54,235 nucleotides of DNA, from the IMG/VR virus record IMGVR_UViG_3300042934_000356, positions 1 to 54,235 of that record. One strand, written 5' to 3'. Made by a program: the position numbers and the translations under genes. The notes under the pieces are model-generated. The model ran no database searches. It had not been told where the DNA came from and saw only the letters and a program-made list of their open reading frames with translations. The DNA is from a virus. Taxonomy: Duplodnaviria; Caudoviricetes. This document shows positions 1 to 8,539 of this stretch, one piece after another. The first letter of the stretch is position 1; each line of letters starts with the position of its first letter.

Positions 1-28
1 TTTTCGCAACTGTCTTTGTTTTTGACAT

Positions 29-68
29 AAAAATAGGAGAGTAGTAATCTTAAAAATCACCACTCTCC
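29..68 (-). terminator. Intrinsic terminator after the endolysin
   Basis: GGAGAGT(G/A)GT...ACTCTCC stem followed by a T-run on the minus strand. Confidence 0.65.
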
Positions 69-75
69 ATACCTC

Positions 76-93
76 ATAAAATATCTCTTTTAT
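76..93. repeat. ATAAAA-N6-TTTTAT inverted-repeat site, copy 1
   Basis: ataaaa tatctc ttttat, 2 nt beyond the endolysin stop codon. Confidence 0.7.
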
Positions 94-95
94 AC

Positions 96-980
96 TTATT
101 TGGCTGCTAAAAACACCTTCCAAGATATATCTTTTGCAGTAAATTTTCCATCTGGATTCTTTAATCCTACGACTTCTTTCTGGAATTTTTTCATAGCAGC
201 TATTGTATTATCTCCAGCTTCCCCATCTGTCCCTTTAGTGTCATATCCTAGAGCTGTTAATTTTTCCTGTAATAGCTTTGTTCTTATCCCTTTAGTTCCC
301 AATTGGATAGTAGGGGTTTTAGATAAGGTTTCATTTCCAGCTTTACCATCTACTTCAGCCTCAATTACCTTCTGAAATCGCTTTGTCCAGGCTATATTAT
401 CGAACTTAACATCTGAAGCTGATTTTGGAACTTTAATCCTATTGTTTTCAGGGATTTCCACCTTCCAATAGTATTTAACCTCATACTGCCAATCTTCAAT
501 TCTTGCCTTTAGTCTATTAGAATCTGTACTTGCAGGATCATTTATATATACATACCCATTGTCATAAGCATAACATAGTACATAATGTCCACCCTTTGTC
601 CATCTACCAACTCCCATAACAGCAATAATCCAATTCTCTTTTTGTAATTCTGATAGTACAGCTTTGTGTACAGATGCCGTTTTGTTATGATAAACATTCG
701 TATTGTTCAACATAATACAATTTATATCATATTCGGCTAACTGAGGTTTAAAATATGTATAAGCAGTACCTTGTCCTTTAATCTTATAACCATGTGTCTT
801 AGACCATTTTGCAGTGTCAACAGGTGTAATAATTTTATTCTTCAATGATGCAATTACCATGGCAGCACATGTAATTCCGCACCCAGCAGATTTGATTGTA
901 TTGGTTTCTCCTTTTGCAGAATAATCTAATACTGCCCAATTTGAATCATATTGTTTATAATCAACTGGTTTATTAGCCAT
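96..980 (-). CDS. Endolysin: C39-like cysteine peptidase plus C-terminal peptidoglycan-binding domains
   Basis: YKQYD..W, AGCGITCAAM, GHYVL and INDP catalytic motifs; LQEKL..LGY...DGEAG..T..A.KKFQ PG-binding motif; lies next to holins. Confidence 0.85.
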   Translation of the reverse strand: MANKPVDYKQYDSNWAVLDYSAKGETNTIKSAGCGITCAAMVIASLKNKIITPVDTAKWSKTHGYKIKGQGTAYTYFKPQLAEYDINCIMLNNTNVYHNKTASVHKAVLSELQKENWIIAVMGVGRWTKGGHYVLCYAYDNGYVYINDPASTDSNRLKARIEDWQYEVKYYWKVEIPENNRIKVPKSASDVKFDNIAWTKRFQKVIEAEVDGKAGNETLSKTPTIQLGTKGIRTKLLQEKLTALGYDTKGTDGEAGDNTIAAMKKFQKEVVGLKNPDGKFTAKDISWKVFLAAK

Positions 981-1036
981 AATATTACTCCTTTCAAATT
1001 AGAAGAGGAGTAGTTCTCTACTCCTCCAATAAATTA

Positions 1037-1366
1037 TTATTTATTTGTATTAATGGTATATTTATCTAACTCCGTAAATACAGCCTGTATAAGTAAATCT
1101 ATCTGTCCGTCCGTAATATTAATATGGTTTTTCTTTATGTATTCTTTAATTTTTTCAACTACATAAGCCTTTTTCTGCTCGCCAGATTTAGATATTAGTT
1201 TATAAATAGACTCTGCCGCATTTACTGCCTTTTCTATAAATGCGATTAGTCCAACATATTTCTGATCTTTGAGTTTATTACTTACAAACGGGATAAGATA
1301 CCTAAACACAACCAAGACCAAAATACTCACAGCATATTTAATAATTGTAAATAATGTTTCATTCAT
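1037..1366 (-). CDS. Phage holin, LL-H-like family
   Basis: One N-terminal TM segment and an AVNAAE...GEQKK.YV...I..AV motif; upstream of the lysin. Confidence 0.8.
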   Translation of the reverse strand: MNETLFTIIKYAVSILVLVVFRYLIPFVSNKLKDQKYVGLIAFIEKAVNAAESIYKLISKSGEQKKAYVVEKIKEYIKKNHINITDGQIDLLIQAVFTELDKYTINTNK

Positions 1367-1418
1367 AATAAAATCCTCCTATAATTAAAAAAGAGCCTAT
1401 AGGCTCAACAATAAGTAC

Positions 1419-1667
1419 TTATTCGTTTTCTGTTTCTGAAGACTCAACTAATTCTTTACCATATTTCTTAGTTAGCTTTATTTCATTTTCCTTACGAGCT
1501 TTCCAGAAATAAAATCCTGTTCCAGTTGCCATTTCAGTAAAAACCCCTGGTATTAAATATGCCAAAGCAGAAGAGTCTTTTGTATACCACATTAATGCCA
1601 TACTGTATATAATTATAACAATAGTTATAACCATAATTATGTAGAATATCTTTTTACTAAATTCCAT
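1419..1667 (-). CDS. Two-TM membrane protein of the lysis cassette (holin-like)
   Basis: EFSKKI start, two hydrophobic segments, GFYFWKARKEN motif. Confidence 0.7.
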   Translation of the reverse strand: MEFSKKIFYIIMVITIVIIIYSMALMWYTKDSSALAYLIPGVFTEMATGTGFYFWKARKENEIKLTKKYGKELVESSETENE

Positions 1668-1699
1668 TTTCTTACTATTTTTACTTATAATATTATCAC

Positions 1700-2083
1700 C
1701 TACTTTATTATGAACTTAAGAAATTCAATAACTCCATATATACATCCCCCACCAAGAGCAAATGGAAGAATTTTTTCTTTAATATAAGACAAAAAATCTA
1801 CCTTTGACTTTTCATCCACTTTTTCGATTTTTTGCTTTACATCTGTTATTTGTTCATCCATTTTGTTTTCCAATATCTTTTGGCCTTGTTTAACATCATT
1901 TACCGAATCCTTAATAGATGACATATCTTGGGCTATTAATTTAACACTTGAAGTCAATTCATAAATAGCTTTTTGCTCATTTTTTATATCTTTAATCTCT
2001 TCTTTGATTTCTTCTATTTGATGACTATTGCTTCGACTTCTTGCATCGACTTCGGTTAATTTAATTATTTCTTCATTTTCCAT
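1700..2083 (-). CDS. Coiled-coil protein with C-terminal TM segment (XhlA/BhlA-like lysis accessory)
   Basis: RSRSNSHQI motif, long coiled coil, C-terminal hydrophobic helix; first gene of the lysis cassette. Confidence 0.65.
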   Translation of the reverse strand: MENEEIIKLTEVDARSRSNSHQIEEIKEEIKDIKNEQKAIYELTSSVKLIAQDMSSIKDSVNDVKQGQKILENKMDEQITDVKQKIEKVDEKSKVDFLSYIKEKILPFALGGGCIYGVIEFLKFIIK

Positions 2084-2124
2084 TTACATCGCACCTCACC
2101 CTTTCGTATAATGCTCATAGTCTA

Positions 2125-2153
2125 TTGAAAAACTATGAGAGAAGTGGTACAAT
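2125..2153 (+). promoter_or_regulatory. SigmaA-type promoter, antisense to the late operon
   Basis: TTGAAA-17 bp-TACAAT with an extended -10 (TGG). Confidence 0.65.
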
Positions 2154-2159
2154 GTCTTT

Positions 2160-2325
2160 ACCACTTGTTGGTAAACGATAGGCATCTAATCTCCCAAGGT
2201 TCTTTTGCCTATCGTTTAAGAATTTTTGCCGATCGATAACATATAAGAGGCAGACTTAATCCCCTGAGTGCTTTTCTGCCTCTGCACGCAAAATAAGAGT
2301 CTAAATGTAGACTCTTTATTTTCTT
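2160..2325 (+). ncRNA. Candidate small RNA with two related stem-loops and a terminator
   Basis: Stems 2172-2184/2206-2218 and 2246-2254/2275-2283 with similar TAATCyCC loops; terminator 2291-2322; no ORF. Confidence 0.5.
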
Positions 2326-2384
2326 GTATACAAGATATAGTGATTAAAACCATAGAATACACAATATATAGTATAAAATTCCAT

Positions 2385-2402
2385 ATAAAACACAGATTTT
2401 AT
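2385..2402. repeat. ATAAAA-N6-TTTTAT site, copy 2
   Basis: ataaaa cacaga ttttat; contains the tail-fibre stop codon. Confidence 0.7.
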
Positions 2403-4786
2403 GCATATATTAATAAGTTTACATAACTTGGATTTGCATAATCACCGTTAGAATTCTTAAAATTCAATAACAGCTGCTTATTAGTGTTTCCACTCGGATA
2501 TTCTATTGTATATCCAGCTTCTGGTAAAATAATATAGTTACCGATAGTCTTAAAACTACCTTGCTTTAGATTTACAACTAAATGTCCCACACTCGGATTT
2601 TCAATGGATTTTATATTATACGCCTGTGTAAAGGAAGTCAAGTTCCCTATAAAAGCCATAGCAATAGGGTATTGAGAAATATAATTAGGAGCAAGTGAAG
2701 GTATATCATAAAAATTACCCATACTATTTAAATTTACATTACCAGTCTGTGCATAATAAGGCTGTGCATATTCTGGGTAATAGGTTTTAAAACTATTACC
2801 TTTCAAATTCAATACTGTAATATTATTTGCTCCTCCGGTGATATTTATGGTGTTGGCAGATGTTTGTGTAGACGTTCCATTCATGAAAGAGCATCCTGTA
2901 ATATTAATAACAGTATCTCTATCCGTATTAACTAACATTATGTTGGCTGTTCCGTTATTAAATTCGAAATATGTACCACTAATATTACAGCATGTGGATT
3001 CATTCACGCTTGGCTCAACTATGTATATAGGAGCATTGGAAAATGATTGAGTTTTATCTCCGCATCTTTCCATAGAACCATTGTAAATATTTAATTGGCT
3101 TCCTCCATCCATATAAACTGCATAAAAATTTATATCTAAAAATACACAGTCACTTATTGTTATAGCATTTGGCGGAGACATAACATCCATTTTCCCAAGC
3201 AAGATTCCCACTTTACAAAATGTTATTAAATTTCTATTAAAAGTTAAGAATATAACGTCTTTACACCTAAACCCACTATCAAAATGTGTTATAAAACAAT
3301 CGCTAAATTCTGAAAACAATACTCTGCTTAGAATTACCGCATATTCATTTGTTGTATCTGTTCCTCTTAATGTCATCCCTTTGAATACAAAAGATAAATC
3401 AGGATTGTTTGGGACAGGATTATTAAAACTAAAAATAGCACTGGTACTTGAAACTGTTTTCTTTAAATTAACTAACCACTTCCCGTCACCTATAATATTA
3501 ACAACTGCATTATTAGTTCCGTAGGTGATATTTACTGTACTATTAATTATGTATGTTCCTGTAGGAAAATACAATGTTCCACCACCATTAGCAAGTAGAT
3601 AATCAACCATTGACTGTAGATTTCCGGAATTATCACTTGTCCCAGTGCTGTCAGCTTTACCAATATTATTTGGAGGATTTAATACATTAATAAAATGATT
3701 TTTATTAATATTTATTTTTCCATTAACCTCATTTATAGCAACAACCAAATCAGCGTTTGATTTTGTTTGCAATTGGGTTAAGTCACCGACATCAGGAACA
3801 TTCATCGTTCCATTAATCGCTATTTTTACATTTCCTCCCCCTTTAACAATACCAGTTACTGTATCAGTAGCCATCTCTACAACAGCAATATACCCTAAGT
3901 TTATCCATGATGTACCATTGTATCTATAGCTTACATTCTCTCCTGTAACAGTAACTGTCCATCCATTTTCAGGGTTAGGATAAGTAGTTGCCAAATCTGA
4001 ATATGTAGGCACAGCATCCTTAAAAACTTTAAGTGTTTCAACAGCTAACTGGTTGGCAATAGCATTAGCATTAGTCGCAGCGGAATTTGCATTTGATGTT
4101 GCGGAATTTGCATTACTTGTAGCCGTGTTAGCAAGGTCAGCCTTTTCATTAGCATTAGTAGCAGCATTAATTGCTAAAGAGGCTTTACTATCGGCGTTAC
4201 CAGCTGCCGCGTTAGCCAAAGAAGCTTTGCTATTTGCATTAGTCGCAGATGAGTTTGCATCCGATGTTGCAGTGATCGCATTACTTGTAGCCGTGTTAGC
4301 AGCTGTGGCGGCATTATTAGCATTGCCTGTAGCTTCCTCCGCAAGCGTCAGTATCGCAGCAGCATCTCCAACTCTTAATTCCATATCTTGTAGAGCTGTG
4401 AATTCAGATGTATTAACTACAACAGACTCAATATCCACATTTTCTTCAATTAGCAAATGAAGTCTAAAGCTTTTTAATTCTCCACCAGTAAAAGAATCAG
4501 TTATTTTAAATTGAGCTGAGTGTCTGCCTGATTCGGCAGAAATAGCTGGTGTTATATCAAATTCAACTTGATTATTAACAACAGGACAATTATTGTATAT
4601 AACTGCTCCATTAAACTTAGTCATTTGAAACCTGACAATAGCAGTTGCTGGAATTATATATTCATTACTTCCATCAAGAAAATTAATATAAAACTTTCTG
4701 TCTATATTATCTCCTTGCGGTATATGTATTTTAATAAAAGACGATTGACTAGAAATATCTATATCTAGTGCCTTATTAATAGCCAT
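2399..4786 (-). CDS. Tail fibre/receptor-binding protein: BppU-like N-terminus, Ala/Asn-rich stalk, pectate-lyase-like beta-helix (putative depolymerase)
   Basis: QGD..RKF.I N-terminus; ATxxANxA repeats; ADSTG.SDNS..LQ..VD...GGGTLYFPTGTY beta-helix cap; AAAGGAGG RBS supports a start at 4786. Confidence 0.8.
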   Translation of the reverse strand: MAINKALDIDISSQSSFIKIHIPQGDNIDRKFYINFLDGSNEYIIPATAIVRFQMTKFNGAVIYNNCPVVNNQVEFDITPAISAESGRHSAQFKITDSFTGGELKSFRLHLLIEENVDIESVVVNTSEFTALQDMELRVGDAAAILTLAEEATGNANNAATAANTATSNAITATSDANSSATNANSKASLANAAAGNADSKASLAINAATNANEKADLANTATSNANSATSNANSAATNANAIANQLAVETLKVFKDAVPTYSDLATTYPNPENGWTVTVTGENVSYRYNGTSWINLGYIAVVEMATDTVTGIVKGGGNVKIAINGTMNVPDVGDLTQLQTKSNADLVVAINEVNGKININKNHFINVLNPPNNIGKADSTGTSDNSGNLQSMVDYLLANGGGTLYFPTGTYIINSTVNITYGTNNAVVNIIGDGKWLVNLKKTVSSTSAIFSFNNPVPNNPDLSFVFKGMTLRGTDTTNEYAVILSRVLFSEFSDCFITHFDSGFRCKDVIFLTFNRNLITFCKVGILLGKMDVMSPPNAITISDCVFLDINFYAVYMDGGSQLNIYNGSMERCGDKTQSFSNAPIYIVEPSVNESTCCNISGTYFEFNNGTANIMLVNTDRDTVINITGCSFMNGTSTQTSANTINITGGANNITVLNLKGNSFKTYYPEYAQPYYAQTGNVNLNSMGNFYDIPSLAPNYISQYPIAMAFIGNLTSFTQAYNIKSIENPSVGHLVVNLKQGSFKTIGNYIILPEAGYTIEYPSGNTNKQLLLNFKNSNGDYANPSYVNLLIYA

Positions 4787-4808
4787 AGTTCCTCCTTTCA
4801 TTTTTTTG

Positions 4809-5213
4809 TTAATTGTTCTCATCAATCATAAAATCAAGATTAAATAGAAGATACGGTTTAATTTCTTTTGATTTACCTTCTATAAAATAAGAGAGTGGAA
4901 TAGTTAAAAATTCTATTTCACTCTCACAATTAAGCAACTCATTATGTTTTTCTATATATTCAGCTTTTATATTTGGATAAATTTCTGGTTCATTATTAGC
5001 ATTAATAACAAAAGATCCATCCTCTTTTTTTATGGCATATTCATCTAAGAGTTTTCTTTCAAATTCGGCGTAATCTTTTAGAACTGATTCGATTTTTCTT
5101 AAATTTCTTCCAAGATTCCATCCAGCTTTTGTGTCTAAATCATAAGACATTAGTTCAGTAATAGAATTACTTATATTAATTAAATCTATATTTTTAAAAA
5201 TTTTCCTCTCCAT
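4809..5213 (-). CDS. Conserved phage tail-region protein (DUF1617-like)
   Basis: WNL.RNL.KIE...ERKLL.EYA.K.EDG pattern typical of small genes preceding tail fibres. Confidence 0.6.
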   Translation of the reverse strand: MERKIFKNIDLINISNSITELMSYDLDTKAGWNLGRNLRKIESVLKDYAEFERKLLDEYAIKKEDGSFVINANNEPEIYPNIKAEYIEKHNELLNCESEIEFLTIPLSYFIEGKSKEIKPYLLFNLDFMIDENN

Positions 5214-5229
5214 AAAATCTCCGTTTCAT
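5212..5229. repeat. ATAAAA-N6-TTTCAT site, copy 3
   Basis: ataaaa tctccg tttcat; on the minus strand it supplies the GGAG RBS and overlaps the ATG of 4809..5213. Confidence 0.7.
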
Positions 5230-5432
5230 CTTTATTTTTTCGTATCAAAAAAGCACCCTCTATGAAAAGATGCTCCTTAATAATTACCAGTATTTTTTTA
5301 ATCTTTCTTTTTTTACAACATTCACATTCATATAAAACGCCTTTAATCCTATCCACCAAATAGGTGTTTTATAATAAATATCTTTCTACCCATGTATGCT
5401 CACTTTTTCATATTTTGTCTCTTCTTTCTTGA

Positions 5433-5510
5433 TTTTATTTCAATTTGTTACAACTATTGACATAGTTATTATATGGTGCTATCCTTATATGGTAAATAAT
5501 ACCTAGGAGG
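5433..5510 (+). promoter_or_regulatory. Moron promoter/leader module, copy A
   Basis: TTGACA(5457)-17 bp-TATCCT with TG extension, then TATGGTAAATAATACCT and AGGAGG; homologous to 14951-15030. Confidence 0.75.
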
Positions 5511-5520
5511 AGGGTTATAT

Positions 5521-6399
5521 ATGTCTGTAAGCGAAAATTTTCAAACCTTTTGCTCAAATTTAAGAATGGATTCAGATACTATTAGTACAATTCAAAACAG
5601 GTATCATCAAATAACCAAACGAATTAATCTTGATTATTACAATAATACATCTGATACCAATCATAGTCTTTATGTTGGTTCATATGGTAGAGGAACAGAA
5701 ATATTTACAAGCGATATTGATATGATTGTAGTATTGCCATATGCGACATATGTAAAATTTAATGCATATTCAAGTAACGGACAATCTGCCTTATTACAAG
5801 AAGTTAAAAATATTCTTCAAAAAACATATAGTACATCATATCTAAAAGGAGATGGACAGGTAATAGGAATTAATTTTTCAGATGGTATCAACTTTGAAAT
5901 TGTTCCTGGTTTCATCAATGAAAATGGTTCCTATACATATCCTGATTCTAATAATGGCGGTAGTTGGAAAACTACAGATCCTAAAAAAGAAATCGATGCT
6001 ATGAATACAATGAACGCTGAAACTAATAAAAATTTAAAACGATTATGTCGTATGGCACGATCATGGAAAAATAACTGCTCAGTATCTCTAAACGGTATTT
6101 TAATTGACACATTGGCATATAAATTCATAAAAGACTGGGATTATAAAGATAAATCTTATTTATATTATGATTATATGAGTCGTGATTTCTTTAAATATTT
6201 AAAAGATGTTGATACTTCCCAATTATATTGGTTAGCTCCTGGTAGTAATAAATTTGTATATAAAATTGGCAATTTTCAAACCAAAGCCTCAACAGCTTAC
6301 AACCTATCATTAGAAGCTATACAAAAAGAGTCGGACGGATATTCAAGTTCCTCAAAGCAAAAATGGAGAGAAATTTATGGAACGAAATTCCCAAGCTAG
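5521..6399 (+). CDS. SMODS/CD-NTase nucleotidyltransferase (CBASS-type cyclase)
   Basis: GSYGRGT....SDIDM motif, FEIVP third acidic residue, GGSWKTTDP, LKRLCRMARSWK. Confidence 0.9.
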   Translation: MSVSENFQTFCSNLRMDSDTISTIQNRYHQITKRINLDYYNNTSDTNHSLYVGSYGRGTEIFTSDIDMIVVLPYATYVKFNAYSSNGQSALLQEVKNILQKTYSTSYLKGDGQVIGINFSDGINFEIVPGFINENGSYTYPDSNNGGSWKTTDPKKEIDAMNTMNAETNKNLKRLCRMARSWKNNCSVSLNGILIDTLAYKFIKDWDYKDKSYLYYDYMSRDFFKYLKDVDTSQLYWLAPGSNKFVYKIGNFQTKASTAYNLSLEAIQKESDGYSSSSKQKWREIYGTKFPS

Positions 6400-6958
6400 C
6401 CAAGGTTATAAATTGGAATCTCAAATTAGAGAAGCTTTTGGACGAGTAACTTACACGCAGACTTGTCATGATAAAATAATAAATAGGTTATTAAGAAAAA
6501 ATAATAACATAAAGATATGGCAAATAATTTTATCTTCTTTTACTTCTGGTAGTTTTTTAGTGTCCATCTTTAGTAATCAGAAAATTTCAAGTTTTATTGG
6601 TGCAATACTCTCATTACTTTTATTAGTATTAAATACTTATGTAAAGAACTTTGAGTTAGTTCAAACTTCGTTACAGCATCAATATGCTTCAGATGCATTA
6701 TGGAAAATACGCGAAGAATATGTATCTTTACTGACTGATTTTGAACTGCTCTCTTCTGAAGATATAATGATAAAAAGGGATGAGCTTCAAGAAAGAACAT
6801 CAGAAGTCTACAAAAGTTCCCCCAGGACTGATCCAAAAAGTTATAAGCAAGCGCAGAAATCATTAAAAACAGAAGAAGAACAAACTTTTTCAGAAAAAGA
6901 AATAGATGTAATGTTACCAAATTCAATTCGACGTGATAATCGCCAAACTATTGATTAA
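6377..6958 (+). CDS. SLATT-family two-TM effector, overlapping the CD-NTase gene
   Basis: REAFGRVTYTQTCHDK, two TM helices, H...SD.LW.IRE.Y.SLL.D, PRTD..Y..A...L...EE.TFS..EID..LP. Confidence 0.85.
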   Translation: MERNSQASQGYKLESQIREAFGRVTYTQTCHDKIINRLLRKNNNIKIWQIILSSFTSGSFLVSIFSNQKISSFIGAILSLLLLVLNTYVKNFELVQTSLQHQYASDALWKIREEYVSLLTDFELLSSEDIMIKRDELQERTSEVYKSSPRTDPKSYKQAQKSLKTEEEQTFSEKEIDVMLPNSIRRDNRQTID

Positions 6959-6960
6959 TA

Positions 6961-7143
6961 TTACTTTAAAGTATGTTTACGATTTATAATCTGAATTTCG
7001 TTAATTTCTTTCCATAATTTATTAGAAATTTCTTTTTTAGAATTACATAGAGAACAATAAACTACACTAATATTACACCCAACAACATTAGTGTAGTTAT
7101 TTATTTCTTTCCAAACATGTTTGCAAAATAAATTCTTTATCAT
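6961..7143 (-). CDS. Small prophage zinc-ribbon protein (LFCKH.W...CxxC)
   Basis: GGAGGG RBS; CKH and CSLC motifs. Confidence 0.65.
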   Translation of the reverse strand: MIKNLFCKHVWKEINNYTNVVGCNISVVYCSLCNSKKEISNKLWKEINEIQIINRKHTLK

Positions 7144-7354
7144 TTTCCCTCCAATTATAAATTAATTTTGTAGCCATAATAATATCAATTTAACCCATCA
7201 AAAAAGCACCCTTCGAGTAGAAGAGTGTTTAGTATATGTTTTTTATTTAGTTTTTGACATTAAAAAACACCTCCCAATGAGATGTTCATAATTAGCATTT
7301 TGCTTATAATATAAGTCCAGTACTTAATATTATAAACTTTGTAGATATTATTTT

Positions 7355-7534
7355 TTAATAATACCCTGTTTCAAATAAAAGATCGTCCCATGCTTGTTGT
7401 TCCATATCTTCTAGTTGCCACTCAAGTTCCTTAATATCTTGGTCAAGCCACCAAGATTCCATACATTTTTCTGTGAATTCTTCTCTGTCTTCATAAGCAT
7501 CATTAAGATATTCTTCGTAATCATCCTGATTCAT
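7355..7534 (-). CDS. 59-aa highly acidic, aromatic-rich protein
   Basis: GGAGGTG RBS before ATG 7534; own TTGTAA-17-TATAAT promoter near 7607-7579. Confidence 0.6.
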   Translation of the reverse strand: MNQDDYEEYLNDAYEDREEFTEKCMESWWLDQDIKELEWQLEDMEQQAWDDLLFETGYY

Positions 7535-7750
7535 GAAATTTTCACCTCCATGCATTAGTGATGTACATGTACAAAATGATTATAACACTAAGGTAAATTT
7601 TTTACAATATATAAATATGAAAAAAGCACCTACAAATTAATGTAAGTGCCTTTTCAGGTCAGAATAAAAATTCCGACACACATTTTTAAAAAATATGATT
7701 GATGTGAAAACATCAATTCACCGTATTAGTATATATTTATTATAGGTCAA

Positions 7751-8383
7751 TTATGCCTTTTTGTCAATATTTATTTTAATATCTAAATTTTTTATAATAG
7801 CAGTATTAACCAAATTTAAATTGTCATCAGTTATTTTTGCAACTGGTGTTAATGATAATCTTTTTTTTGAAATTTCTCTCATATGAACTATATTAATATA
7901 TCCGTCAACCTTCTGAGTATAACCATCTTCAATTTCAACTGGTATTTCGTAAAAATCTATTAATTTTAATCTTTCCGTTCCATCTTTTGTTTTACACCTT
8001 ATATAACTTTTCCCATCTTTCTCTACTATATCTTTATGCTCGTATGTTGTAATTGGTGCAACAATTGTAGTATCTGCTTTGGTGTTTCCAACATCATTTT
8101 GTAAAATAACAACAGGTCTTTTTAAACCCTGTTCACTTCCAATGTTTATACCCAATTCACAATAAAATATTTCACGTTGCTTAATCACTTTTGGAATATC
8201 CTTAGTTCTCAAGTCTATGCTTTTATTAATCCATTCTAAAAACTCTAAGTTACCTCCCAATACATTTGCGTATAAATTTATATTCTTTTTCAAGTGAAAT
8301 AAAAATTTACTAAGTTTTGCTATTTCTTCAGTTAATTTAAAAATCAACTTAGGAATATCCCCTATAATATATTTATTCTCCAT
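7751..8383 (-). CDS. PemK/MazF-family endoribonuclease toxin with N-terminal extension
   Basis: EIFYCELGINIGSEQ..KRPVVILQND.GN....TIVAPITT and REISKKRL; alternative start at 8398. Confidence 0.85.
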   Translation of the reverse strand: MENKYIIGDIPKLIFKLTEEIAKLSKFLFHLKKNINLYANVLGGNLEFLEWINKSIDLRTKDIPKVIKQREIFYCELGINIGSEQGLKRPVVILQNDVGNTKADTTIVAPITTYEHKDIVEKDGKSYIRCKTKDGTERLKLIDFYEIPVEIEDGYTQKVDGYINIVHMREISKKRLSLTPVAKITDDNLNLVNTAIIKNLDIKINIDKKA

Positions 8384-8539
8384 TTCTCTTCTCCTCATCC
8401 TAGGTATAATATACTATTATATGACAAACTGGTAAGAGATGGAAGAGTGAACATATGTTTATTGTAGTAGTTATGCGATAACATGGTAGGATGTCAATTG
8501 CAAAATAAAAGAGAGGGAGAATACCCACTCTAATTGTAG

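Noticed and set aside
4040-4340. Repeats in the tail-fibre gene as a DGR, shufflon or CRISPR array
   Set aside because: They encode an in-frame Ala/Asn coiled-coil stalk; no reverse transcriptase, template repeat or spacers are present.
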